Assembly (NCBI GenBank): GCA_002305195.1 | Contig: DBQK01000008.1 | Span: 98,688-162,687 of the forward strand | Reading direction: 5' to 3' | Source: Patescibacteria group bacterium UBA1396 | GTDB lineage: Bacteria; Patescibacteriota; Microgenomatia; UBA1400; UBA1396 | Length of the DNA: 64,000 bases | Made by a program: the position numbers and the translations under genes | Shown: positions 1-8,631 of the stretch, piece by piece | Layout: each line of letters starts with the position of its first letter | Numbering within the stretch: the stretch's first letter is position 1 | Notes under the pieces: generated by a model | What the model was told of the DNA's origin: nothing | The model's input: the letters and a program-made list of their open reading frames with translations, nothing else | The model's database searches: none

Positions 1-587
1 GTAGTTGGTTGTGTAAATCTTGTCACTCACATTTAACCTGGATTGACTCTCAGATTGATTGGTGGAGTCTTATTAATCTTGATGCCGGTGTTGCCAAAAT
101 TTGGTCGGCAACAGAGTATGTAGATTTAGCCAAAGAGATTGTGGTTCGAGTGAAGTACCAACGGCAATTTGCCTTGTGCCAACTACAAGCAAAAATTATG
201 ATGCTTGCCTATGGCAAATATATTCAAGAGGCAGGAATTGATTGGTTGGTTCCAATTCCGATTACAACCGCTCGTCAACGCTGGCGTGGTTTTAATCAGG
301 CTGCGCTGATTGCTAAACATTTATCAAACTATACCAACATTTCATACAATCTCAAGGCACTGCGCCGCTTAGATCACGGGACAGCACATGCCAAAAAGAA
401 CCGGCAGCAAAGACAAGCTGAGTTACCGATGTTTGAGGCAAATCCTGTAGTTTGTCAAGGTAAAACGATTTGTCTAATTGATGATGTGGTCACAACAGGT
501 TCAACCTTAAAGACTGCGGCTGGCGCCTGCCGCCAGGCAGGCGCCAGCCAAATCTTTGCTGCAACTTTTGCGGCTACAATTGGGTAA
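1..587 (+). CDS. comF: ComF family competence protein (phosphoribosyltransferase fold), probably 5'-truncated by the window edge
   Basis: CxxC at start, RWRGFNQA motif, PRT motif LIDDVVTTGSTL; frame is open back to the window start. Confidence 0.9.
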   Translation, partial: SWLCKSCHSHLTWIDSQIDWWSLINLDAGVAKIWSATEYVDLAKEIVVRVKYQRQFALCQLQAKIMMLAYGKYIQEAGIDWLVPIPITTARQRWRGFNQAALIAKHLSNYTNISYNLKALRRLDHGTAHAKKNRQQRQAELPMFEANPVVCQGKTICLIDDVVTTGSTLKTAAGACRQAGASQIFAATFAATIG

Positions 588-617
588 GAGCTTTTAGGAA
601 AAATCGAAAATAGTTTT

Positions 618-938
618 TTACCGTTGAGTAGAAGTAGAACTTGTATTATGAAGCTGACTGGTATCAATGCCTAGTTCTAACAATTGTTTTTCAATATTTC
701 TCAATTTTCTATCAGCAGAGGCTATCAAACCACGATAACCATTGCATTGATGACAAGTAGTGGGTAAGACTAAAGTACCCTCAACAATATGCCACTTTTT
801 AACATGTTCATTTAAATAAGCGTTATTTCTGTCCAACATATCTTTAAAAAAGAAATATCTTTCCACAAGTTTGGCTTCAGTTGACCTATACTCAGATACA
901 TCATCATGTTTTTTAGAAAACTCACCCATTGGTAACAT
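618..938 (-). CDS. hypothetical protein with CxxC and coiled-coil
   Basis: 106-aa ORF, TATAAT-like box just upstream on the minus strand; no family recognised. Confidence 0.5.
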   Translation of the reverse strand: MLPMGEFSKKHDDVSEYRSTEAKLVERYFFFKDMLDRNNAYLNEHVKKWHIVEGTLVLPTTCHQCNGYRGLIASADRKLRNIEKQLLELGIDTSQLHNTSSTSTQR

Positions 939-1005
939 AGTAAATAATTATATAGCAACTACTTGATAATTTATTGAGTTATAAGAAAATTTTCAAAAAA
1001 AACTT

Positions 1006-1019
1006 TGGTGGAGATGTCG
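1006..1019 (-). repeat. att site: displaced tmRNA 3' end (CGACATCTCCACCA, includes CCA)
   Basis: Identical over 12 bp to 8569-8580. Confidence 0.9.
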
Positions 1020-1174
1020 TCCGAAAAGTGGAACCACTTGATTGAATGGATTGCGACTTGGGGGGAACAACTATCTACCTGTTGGATTTTTTCTCAGGGA
1101 GAAGCGTTTCAATATACCTAACACCACATCCCATCTTATGAACATATGAAGATAATCATATAAAATAAGAGGTA

Positions 1175-2233
1175 ATGCAAAAATTACCATTTGTATATAC
1201 AAATTATCAATCGCAAAAAGTCATCAGGCAAACAAAAACATTCTTAGAGACTGAAAATAATATTCAAGAATCGTTAACAAATATTGCTTGGGCGTATCAC
1301 AGTATTTGGAAGATCATCCCACAAACCTATGAAAATTTATTTTCTGGACATTCATTTCCATATCAGGACTCCTGGGATGAAATACAGGTATCTTATTTAC
1401 TAGCTGAGCAGGGTTTGTACAAGCAGGCCTTTGTGTCTCTGAGGTTGGCATTAGAGCTGGGTTTACTCTCAGTGTATTTCAATATTAACGATGACGGCCA
1501 TCTTGTAGTTCAAGACTGGTTGCGATCCAAAGACAGTTGGGAGGCTAATACTCCTAGGACAGATAAAATATGGGAGATTCTTAAGTCCAATGCAAACATT
1601 GCTGAGTTTGATGAACTAGTGGGTTTTAGAGATTACTATGATGAAATTACATACCTTCATAATTTTGTCCATACTAAAGGTTATAAGTTCTCAAATCGGG
1701 TGGGACTATTTAAAAGTAATTTTCAAACATTTGAAAGCTCGCAGTTGCTAAAATGGAAAAACCTTTTTTATAAAGTTGCTGTTGTTGTGATTACAGCACA
1801 TTTACTTAAGTATCCAATCGGAGCTATTAAATACAACTGGCATAGAAAGACTGGCATAGATAATCCGTTCCCAGTATTGCTTAGCTCAGAAATTGATCTT
1901 ATTTCGAAAATATTGCCTAGAAACTTTTTTGATGAAATAGAAAAAATAGCTCAGAAAGACAACTTTACTCAGGATTTGCTTAATCATGTTAAAAATATGC
2001 CAGATATTAGTGAGGAAGAAATTGAGCAACAAGCAATAGAGCTTGAAAAGTTAGATATTGAATCAGGAAAAGGTTTCTTGCAATGGGAGAAGGAGCACCG
2101 AAAATTATATGAAAGGCATGAGCTTAGTGATCCTGAAAGAGAAAACCTGGAGAAAAGAATTAGGATTCTTAGGAAATGGGCAGAAGAAAATGATTTGATG
2201 GAATCAAAGATTAAACATGCCAAAAACACTTAA
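1175..2233 (+). CDS. DUF5677/HEPN-like alpha-helical protein, putative defence effector
   Basis: GLYKQAFVSLRLALE and YLHNFVH motifs match the LRxxLE...YxxLxxFxH pattern of the neighbouring ORF. Confidence 0.5.
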   Translation: MQKLPFVYTNYQSQKVIRQTKTFLETENNIQESLTNIAWAYHSIWKIIPQTYENLFSGHSFPYQDSWDEIQVSYLLAEQGLYKQAFVSLRLALELGLLSVYFNINDDGHLVVQDWLRSKDSWEANTPRTDKIWEILKSNANIAEFDELVGFRDYYDEITYLHNFVHTKGYKFSNRVGLFKSNFQTFESSQLLKWKNLFYKVAVVVITAHLLKYPIGAIKYNWHRKTGIDNPFPVLLSSEIDLISKILPRNFFDEIEKIAQKDNFTQDLLNHVKNMPDISEEEIEQQAIELEKLDIESGKGFLQWEKEHRKLYERHELSDPERENLEKRIRILRKWAEENDLMESKIKHAKNT

Positions 2234-3074
2234 ACGCTCAAAAAAATCACAAGAACTTTTAGAGATTCTTGCTGAAATGATGAACTCTAGCATTAATGCA
2301 CTTAATGATGCTGAAGTTCAAATGAGTAAACTAAACTTAAAGCAGACTTATTTACTTCTCATGTTTGGAGTTGTAAATAGTTACGCAGAAGCAGTATTCG
2401 AATTGTGCAAGCAGTACAGGCCAAGGCCTACAATGGTCTTGTTAAGATCTATTCTTGAAGTCTGGATCAACTCTGCATACTTCTTAAGTCACAATAGCGA
2501 TAATCGCCTATATGGGCTCATGATGCATGACAGTTTTTCAAAATTGGGTCTAGTTGAAGAGATGGATGTTTTTGCTAGAAAGTATCCATGGATAATTGAA
2601 GGATCTGTTATAACCCCAGAAACTATTTCTGAAATGAGAAGTAAGGTTGATGAGGAGTTAGAAATATATAGAAAACGGGGATTAATTTTTGGAAAGAAAA
2701 AGGATCTTGAAGCTTCTACCTTTTTTGAGAAAAGCCTGATTGAAAGGGCTAGAATAGCGGACAGACGCTACAGAGGATCTGATTCCAGCAAACCTGGTCA
2801 TCCATTTGAATATCAATATTTAATTGTATACAGGTATCTTTCTGACTTTAGCCACGTAAGCCTGACAGGTACAAATAATTTCATTGTAAAAACTGAGGAA
2901 GGATATGACCTCCTAGCAAGTCAATCAAATGATGGTGTTGAAATGGAACTGGTTACTTTGTATGTTTTTTATCTATCGTTTCTCAATAAATTAAAGCAGT
3001 ACAAAATCGTCTCCGTACCTGAGCTATCAAGATTCAACAAATTTTTTAATCAAAATTTAGTTAGTAAGAAGTAA
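2217..3074 (+). CDS. DUF5677 family protein
   Basis: LLRSILE and YRYLSDFSH motifs; overlaps the upstream gene by 17 nt. Confidence 0.65.
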   Translation: MPKTLKRSKKSQELLEILAEMMNSSINALNDAEVQMSKLNLKQTYLLLMFGVVNSYAEAVFELCKQYRPRPTMVLLRSILEVWINSAYFLSHNSDNRLYGLMMHDSFSKLGLVEEMDVFARKYPWIIEGSVITPETISEMRSKVDEELEIYRKRGLIFGKKKDLEASTFFEKSLIERARIADRRYRGSDSSKPGHPFEYQYLIVYRYLSDFSHVSLTGTNNFIVKTEEGYDLLASQSNDGVEMELVTLYVFYLSFLNKLKQYKIVSVPELSRFNKFFNQNLVSKK

Positions 3075-4799
3075 TTAAAAAACCAGCCCATCTTCTTCGT
3101 CTACCTCTATAGATTCTGGCTTTTTAAGTACACTTTCAACATTTTCTGTAGAAAGTAATTTAATTTTCTCAGTGATTTCCTCGACCCATTCAGGAACAGG
3201 GAGACTCTCCTCAGAATATCTTTTCTTAAACTCAATAAAAAGATCACGCCCTTTTTTGTTAGTTTGAAAACCAATGTTTTCGTTTAATGTGTATTCAAAA
3301 CCCAAGTAATTCTCAGTCACTTTACCGTCAGGATAATCTTCACTTTCATCTCTGAATAATTCCATTATCACTTTATTTTTCTTGATATTATCTATTCCCT
3401 TACCTGATCCTTCTAGATGTTTGTCGCCATCAAAAATGACATAGCAAGGTATGCCAAATTCTGTGTACAAACGATAAAACCTATCAATTTCGTCTTTGTT
3501 TCCACAACGAACAATACTAATGCCTTCTTTCAAATAGTCAAAATTTACCGCTTCAAAAAGGAATGGCAAAAGCATTGACTCAGATTGCCCTTCAACAAGA
3601 ATAATTTTGTTTGCAAAAAAAGCCTCATTAGCTCTCTGAGAATCTCCAGTCTGTTCATAGGCAGTCTGGTGATAAAGCATAATCTCTTCATTACTTGAGT
3701 TAATACCAGTTCTATATAAAAGGTCTAGTCTGAAACTGTCAGGCTTAGCAAAATATAAATGAGTACCCTTCTCCTTATTTTTTCTTACTAAGAAAATTTC
3801 GTTAAACCTGGAAGTCGAGAGAAATTTCTCTGAGTGGGTTGTGTAGAAAATTTGCGTACCTTCTCTTACTAGCTCACCACCCTCGTTATATTTGTCTTCT
3901 GAAATTTCCTGCAAAACTCTATAAAAGTTATTCTGTGCTTGTGGATGAAGAAAAAGTTCTGGCTCATCTATAAATATTGGGCTATTATTGGATAAGTTTA
4001 ATTGAGAATAAGCTTGCAAGATTGCAACACTTATAGAAGCCTGAACCCCCATTCCTAAGTCTGAGGCTTGGAATTCTAAGTCCATATCTGACTCGTTTAC
4101 AATTAACTGCAGGGTTCTGTAAAAATTCCATGGATCGTATAGGCTTAAGTCGACCTTGAAATCCGTAATTGGTCTATTTAACTGTCTAGCACTTTCTTCC
4201 TGTAATATCTGGAGAAACCTCTGCATAATGTTTTGACCACTTTGATCAGTAACACTAAATAGAAGTCTATCTCTGATAACAGACAACCATTGAATTAGCC
4301 ATTCCGTCTTAGGTCTACTTTGCCCTTTATGTGTGTATTCTTCTTCAAGAAATTGCTTATTTACTTCATGTAGAATTCTCCCAATTAGTGACCATTTATT
4401 TGAAGGAAGATAATCTAAAATCTTTCTATCAGTTCCCAAGTAAGCACACATATATAAGTCTCTTGTCTCTTGATTGCAATAATCACCCCCGTTCATGTTC
4501 AATCCAGATTTCAACCTCCCAGCGTAATCATGCCATTCTTCTGCGAGTTCTAAGCAATTACCATCATCAAAATATAGTTGAATTTTTATTTTATTATTCT
4601 CATCACCCATGAAGTGATCATTTTTTGTTACAGAATTAAATGATGGCCCAGTTGGACCAAGAAGCCAATTTATCGCATCAAAAATGTTACTTTTGCCAGT
4701 ACTGTTTGCACCAATGAAAGCATTTAGTTTAGGACTTAAAGAGACATCCAGGTGTTTAATACTCTTGTAGTTGTCAATAACTATTCTATTTATCTTCAT
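3075..4799 (-). CDS. OLD-family ATP-dependent nuclease (ABC ATPase + TOPRIM)
   Basis: Walker A GANSTGKS, signature LGMGVQ, Walker B IFIDEPE, H-loop TTHS, TOPRIM LVEGQSE and DGD. Confidence 0.9.
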   Translation of the reverse strand: MKINRIVIDNYKSIKHLDVSLSPKLNAFIGANSTGKSNIFDAINWLLGPTGPSFNSVTKNDHFMGDENNKIKIQLYFDDGNCLELAEEWHDYAGRLKSGLNMNGGDYCNQETRDLYMCAYLGTDRKILDYLPSNKWSLIGRILHEVNKQFLEEEYTHKGQSRPKTEWLIQWLSVIRDRLLFSVTDQSGQNIMQRFLQILQEESARQLNRPITDFKVDLSLYDPWNFYRTLQLIVNESDMDLEFQASDLGMGVQASISVAILQAYSQLNLSNNSPIFIDEPELFLHPQAQNNFYRVLQEISEDKYNEGGELVREGTQIFYTTHSEKFLSTSRFNEIFLVRKNKEKGTHLYFAKPDSFRLDLLYRTGINSSNEEIMLYHQTAYEQTGDSQRANEAFFANKIILVEGQSESMLLPFLFEAVNFDYLKEGISIVRCGNKDEIDRFYRLYTEFGIPCYVIFDGDKHLEGSGKGIDNIKKNKVIMELFRDESEDYPDGKVTENYLGFEYTLNENIGFQTNKKGRDLFIEFKKRYSEESLPVPEWVEEITEKIKLLSTENVESVLKKPESIEVDEEDGLVF

Positions 4800-4881
4800 T
4801 CAACAAGAATTATATCAAGATAAGTTATTTTTTGATTATTAGATATGTGAGATTTCTATAGATCTGATAGAATCAAATCAG

Positions 4882-4992
4882 AGTCCGCTACCAAAAGACT
4901 TTAAATATCACGTCCAACGGTCGTTAAGAGGGGCAACTCTCGTTGACGGTTGGACGTTGGTAGCGGACTTCCTGAGAGGGTTGTCCCTTTTT
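4882..4992 (+). ncRNA. putative structured RNA leader/ncRNA with alternative pairings and a terminator-like end
   Basis: 13-bp stem 4882-4894/4957-4969, nested stem 4910-4918/4949-4957, alternative pairing 4926-4941 with ~4976-4991; TGnTAGAAT promoter at 4865-4873. Confidence 0.6.
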
Positions 4993-5038
4993 GTAGGTCA
5001 ATCTTCCCAGAGTACAAAATAATAAAGAAAGGCTTTTT

Positions 5039-5482
5039 ATGAAAGTCAAGAAATGGGGAGAACTAACCCTTGTTCAAAAAATTATTGGTTCAGTGGGTAC
5101 AGTGTTCTTGCTACTCATATTGCTAGGTATTTTCTTGCCAGGTGAAGCACCTCAATCTGAGGAATCCACCGAATCTATTCAAGTAGATGAGACTAACAAA
5201 AAGTATGACTTGAAAGGTCGAGCCATTAGTGAAGAGCTCAAAGTTGGCGTTGAAAACCAAAATGACTTTGATTGGAATGACTGCAGGATCACTCTAAATG
5301 ATGACTATCATTATGAAATGGATTTACCAATCCAAGCTGGTGGGACATATGATTGGGGCTATGCAGCGTTCACCAAAGATAATGGTGAGAAATTTAACCC
5401 TAGCACTCATGAAGCAAAGAGAATCTTTGTTTACTGTAAAGATCCCAATGGTGACTTTATTAGTGGTATGTGGGAGTGGTAA
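5039..5482 (+). CDS. single-pass membrane-anchored hypothetical protein
   Basis: N-terminal hydrophobic helix, acidic linker, small beta-rich domain with 2 Cys. Confidence 0.75.
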   Translation: MKVKKWGELTLVQKIIGSVGTVFLLLILLGIFLPGEAPQSEESTESIQVDETNKKYDLKGRAISEELKVGVENQNDFDWNDCRITLNDDYHYEMDLPIQAGGTYDWGYAAFTKDNGEKFNPSTHEAKRIFVYCKDPNGDFISGMWEW

Positions 5483-5516
5483 TTATTTCAATTAACCATC
5501 GCCAATAAATCACTTA

Positions 5517-5562
5517 TTGACTAAAATTTACACTCATGTATATTTTAATTATGAGTGTAAAT
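5517..5562 (+). promoter_or_regulatory. promoter with 12-bp inverted-repeat operator
   Basis: TTGACT 5517-5522, TATATT/TATTTT ~5539-5546; ATTTACACTCAT (5526-5537) and ATGAGTGTAAAT (5551-5562) are perfect reverse complements. Confidence 0.6.
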
Positions 5563-6372
5563 AGTCATCAGTTATCTAGCATGGCAAAGTATGTCATCAC
5601 AAGAGGTGTGGATTTTGACGAAGCTTATGTTGACTTTTGTGAAAGCGATACTCTTCATATTCTCCAGCAAAAAAGATATACAGTGAGTGAGACGGGCGTC
5701 TCATCAAGAGTAATTAACCATTGGAGTGGTTTAGGTCTTTTGCATGATTCAAATAAAAAAGAAGGTAAATGGCGTAAGCTAAGTATTACTGAAGCAATTT
5801 GGGTACGTATTATTGAAGAACTAAGATTATTTAATGTTTCATTGGATCAAGTTAAAAGTGTTCGACAATGGCTTTTCTATACATCCATCGATGGAAGAAT
5901 AAGGACTCGATACTTTGATTATTTCAATAATCTTGCGTTTCTTGGTAATAGTGTTTTTATTGTAGTTTTTGCTGACGGTTTTGCCCAATTTTGCTTAGAG
6001 AATGAGTATAGGGAATTCCAGAAAATCAGGGGTAACTACCCATCTCACATTTTGCTTAATCTTAATGAAATTATTCAGTCTATTTATCCAAATCTTAATT
6101 TGAAAACAATCGTCCCCAAATTCGAAGCAGTTTCCAAGCAAGAACTCTCTCTATTAAAGGAGATTAGAAGTGGAAGTTTTGATGCAATTCGGGTTCGATT
6201 CAATGATGGACAACCTGTACTGATTGAGCTCGAGAAAACTGAAAACATAGAAAAAAAGCTCTTTGACATTATTCAAGAAGATAAGTACCAAAAAATTGAA
6301 CTTCTTGAAATAAATGGAGGAATAAAAAGAATAAAGAGAACTATTCAAAAAAAATTGGATGATTCTCTGTAA
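5551..6372 (+). CDS. MerR-family HTH regulator (start may be 5551 or 5581)
   Basis: YTVSETGVSSRVINHWSGLGLL...GKWRKLS MerR-type winged helix. Confidence 0.75.
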   Translation: MSVNSHQLSSMAKYVITRGVDFDEAYVDFCESDTLHILQQKRYTVSETGVSSRVINHWSGLGLLHDSNKKEGKWRKLSITEAIWVRIIEELRLFNVSLDQVKSVRQWLFYTSIDGRIRTRYFDYFNNLAFLGNSVFIVVFADGFAQFCLENEYREFQKIRGNYPSHILLNLNEIIQSIYPNLNLKTIVPKFEAVSKQELSLLKEIRSGSFDAIRVRFNDGQPVLIELEKTENIEKKLFDIIQEDKYQKIELLEINGGIKRIKRTIQKKLDDSL

Positions 6373-6458
6373 ACGGCATGACACACAGTCAGCTATATAT
6401 TGACATAAATTGAGTACTATTGCACACAGCAACGTATCTCTTAAAAGGAGATCTGGCT

Positions 6459-6599
6459 GTGCTGTCAGTAGAAGAGTGCAAAAAGCACTTAAAAAATAAA
6501 AACCTATCCGATGACCAAGTTGAGGCCATTAGGAACTTAATTTATAAAATTGCCGAATGCATTGTGAGGAGCGAATTATGTCTACAAGAAAACAAATAA
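6459..6599 (+). CDS. 46-aa small protein upstream of the recombinase (not in ORF track); possible directionality/accessory factor
   Basis: AGGAG at 6446-6450, GTG start, MLSVEECKKHLKNKNLSDDQVEAIRNLIYKIAECIVRSELCLQENK, overlaps the next gene. Confidence 0.65.
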   Translation: MLSVEECKKHLKNKNLSDDQVEAIRNLIYKIAECIVRSELCLQENK

Positions 6600-7051
6600 A
6601 AGCTAATAAAATCAATGGATTAAAAGGTGGAGTAAAAACTAGTGATGGGAAAAAAAGAATTCGTTTTAACGCTGTTAAGCATGGCATCCTGGGAAAATTC
6701 ATTACTGAATATGATTCTGTTGATAGCAAAGAAATACTTGCTCTTTTTCAAGGAGAATTTTCACCACAAGGTATCATTGAGCACATACTTGTTGAGCAAT
6801 TAGCTTTACTTTATTTAAGAATGTGTAGAGCGGCTAGGGCAGAAGCCGAATTCATTGAGTCACAATTTCACAATGGCTTTATTAAGCTTGATTTCTCTGA
6901 TCACGAACCAAAAATCAGTATTGATGCGATGACAAAATGCTCTGAATTATATGCTCGTTATGAAACAAATTTAGAAAACAGATTTTTTAAAACTTTAGAA
7001 AAGCTTCAAACCCCTCAAGATGGGTTTGTTTCGCAGAAAGGACAAGTATGA
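6578..7051 (+). CDS. hypothetical protein with QIxANKxNxxKGGVKTxxGKxxxxxNAxKHG N-terminal motif
   Basis: AGGAG before ATG 6578; stop overlaps the recombinase start (ATGA). Confidence 0.75.
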   Translation: MSTRKQIKANKINGLKGGVKTSDGKKRIRFNAVKHGILGKFITEYDSVDSKEILALFQGEFSPQGIIEHILVEQLALLYLRMCRAARAEAEFIESQFHNGFIKLDFSDHEPKISIDAMTKCSELYARYETNLENRFFKTLEKLQTPQDGFVSQKGQV

Positions 7052-8631
7052 CAAACAAACAATATGTGAAAAGTTGCTTAATATATTGTCGAGTCTCCTC
7101 CAAAAGACAGGTAGAAGAAGGTAATGGTTTAGGCAGTCAGGAGAAAAGGTGCAGAAACTATGCTTTCTCCAAAGGCTATAAGGTTGAAAAAGTATTTGAA
7201 GAAAAAGGCGTGTCAGGTGCATTGTTCGATCGTCCAGCCATGAAAGAATTGATCTCTTTTTTGGATAAGAATGCTCACAAAGAATACGTAATTATTTTTG
7301 ATGACTTGAAAAGATTTGCAAGAGATTACTCCGTGCATTTGAAATTAAAAATGGAATTAGTTGAGGCCAGAGGAGCAACCCTTGAATGTCTCAATTTTAA
7401 TTTTGAGAATACACCAGAGGGAGAATTTGTAGAGGGCATCTTAGCTCTACAAGGTGAACTAGAGAGAAAACAAAATAGAAGGCAGGTTATTCAAAAGCAA
7501 AAGGCACGATTGGAAAGAGGTTTCTGGCCTTTTTGTCCTCCTCCTCAATTCAAACATATTAAATCAAAGCAACATGGAAAGATTTTAGTATCAAGAGAAC
7601 CAATGGCTTCAATTTCTAAGGAGGCGCTAGAACGGTATGCCAAGAACTTACTAAACACACAACATGAGGTGAAAGATTTTCTGAATGAAGAATACAAAAA
7701 ACATGGTTTAGATAGGAGAATTTCTATTCATGGGGTGCAAAAGCTTCTCTCTACTCCATTAAACGCAGGTTATGTTGAGTATAAACCGTGGGAAATTTCC
7801 TTATCTGAGGGGCAACACGAGGGAATTATTAGTATAGATATTCACCACGTTATTCAGGATAAGTTGGCAGGAAGATCAAAACCTAAGTTTAACAAAAGTT
7901 GTTCGACTGATTTTCCTCTCAGGAGATTCGTTACTTGTAGCAAGTGCGGTAGTAAATTACGTGCTAGTTGGAATACAGGCAATGGAGGTAAGTACCCTAA
8001 CTATTGGTGTCAAAATAAGGATTGTGAATATAGATATAAGGTAACCAAAGCGTGGGATATACATACAAAGTTTGAGGCTGTATTAAAACACTCCAAAGCC
8101 ACTAAAGGAGCTAGAAGCCTAGCGACTGCCATTTTCAACGATGTTTGGGAAACAGAAAAACAAAGAGAGCTAAAAAATATATCTAGTTTGAAAGATAGGA
8201 TGTTGGAAATTGATAAGGAGCTAGAAACGCTGGCAAAAAGGTCATCTCAGGCTTCCAGTGAAAAAGTTGTCAGTGTGTACGAACAATTAATAGAGAAGCT
8301 CTCTAATGAGAGAGATCATATTGGCTCGGGTGATGAAAAACCAAAATTAACTGAAAATAAATTTGGAACTTGCTTAAACCGTGTCTATGACACACTAGAA
8401 AATCCGCTTTTACTCTGGCACAGTGATAATTTAGAAGACCAAAGAACGGTTCTTTATATGTATTTTGAAAATGGATTAGACTTCGATTATAAAAAAGGTT
8501 TTGGAACCTACAAATTTAGCGAAGCCATCAATCTTTTACGGGATCCAGCCAACGCTGAATTCCCAAATGTGGAGATGTCGGGCAATGAACCCGAGTCCGA
8601 AAAAGATCATCAACTAGGACTACGCGTGTAG
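7048..8631 (+). CDS. large serine recombinase (resolvase + recombinase + Zn-ribbon/coiled-coil)
   Basis: YCRVSS catalytic Ser motif, GVSG...RP, DDLKRFAR, CxxC...C..C zinc ribbon; the last 20 codons run through att into antisense tmRNA. Confidence 0.95.
   Translation: MTNKQYVKSCLIYCRVSSKRQVEEGNGLGSQEKRCRNYAFSKGYKVEKVFEEKGVSGALFDRPAMKELISFLDKNAHKEYVIIFDDLKRFARDYSVHLKLKMELVEARGATLECLNFNFENTPEGEFVEGILALQGELERKQNRRQVIQKQKARLERGFWPFCPPPQFKHIKSKQHGKILVSREPMASISKEALERYAKNLLNTQHEVKDFLNEEYKKHGLDRRISIHGVQKLLSTPLNAGYVEYKPWEISLSEGQHEGIISIDIHHVIQDKLAGRSKPKFNKSCSTDFPLRRFVTCSKCGSKLRASWNTGNGGKYPNYWCQNKDCEYRYKVTKAWDIHTKFEAVLKHSKATKGARSLATAIFNDVWETEKQRELKNISSLKDRMLEIDKELETLAKRSSQASSEKVVSVYEQLIEKLSNERDHIGSGDEKPKLTENKFGTCLNRVYDTLENPLLLWHSDNLEDQRTVLYMYFENGLDFDYKKGFGTYKFSEAINLLRDPANAEFPNVEMSGNEPESEKDHQLGLRV

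Larger units (their letters stand above)
1008..8580. mobile_element. ~7.6 kb genomic island integrated in the tmRNA 3' end by a large serine recombinase
   Basis: 12-bp direct repeat GTGGAGATGTCG at 1008-1019 and 8569-8580 equals the tmRNA 3' end; recombinase abuts the right junction; AT-rich defence-like cargo. Confidence 0.9.

Noticed and set aside
3075-4799. Gabija or retron system
   Set aside because: No UvrD-like GajB and no reverse transcriptase in the island
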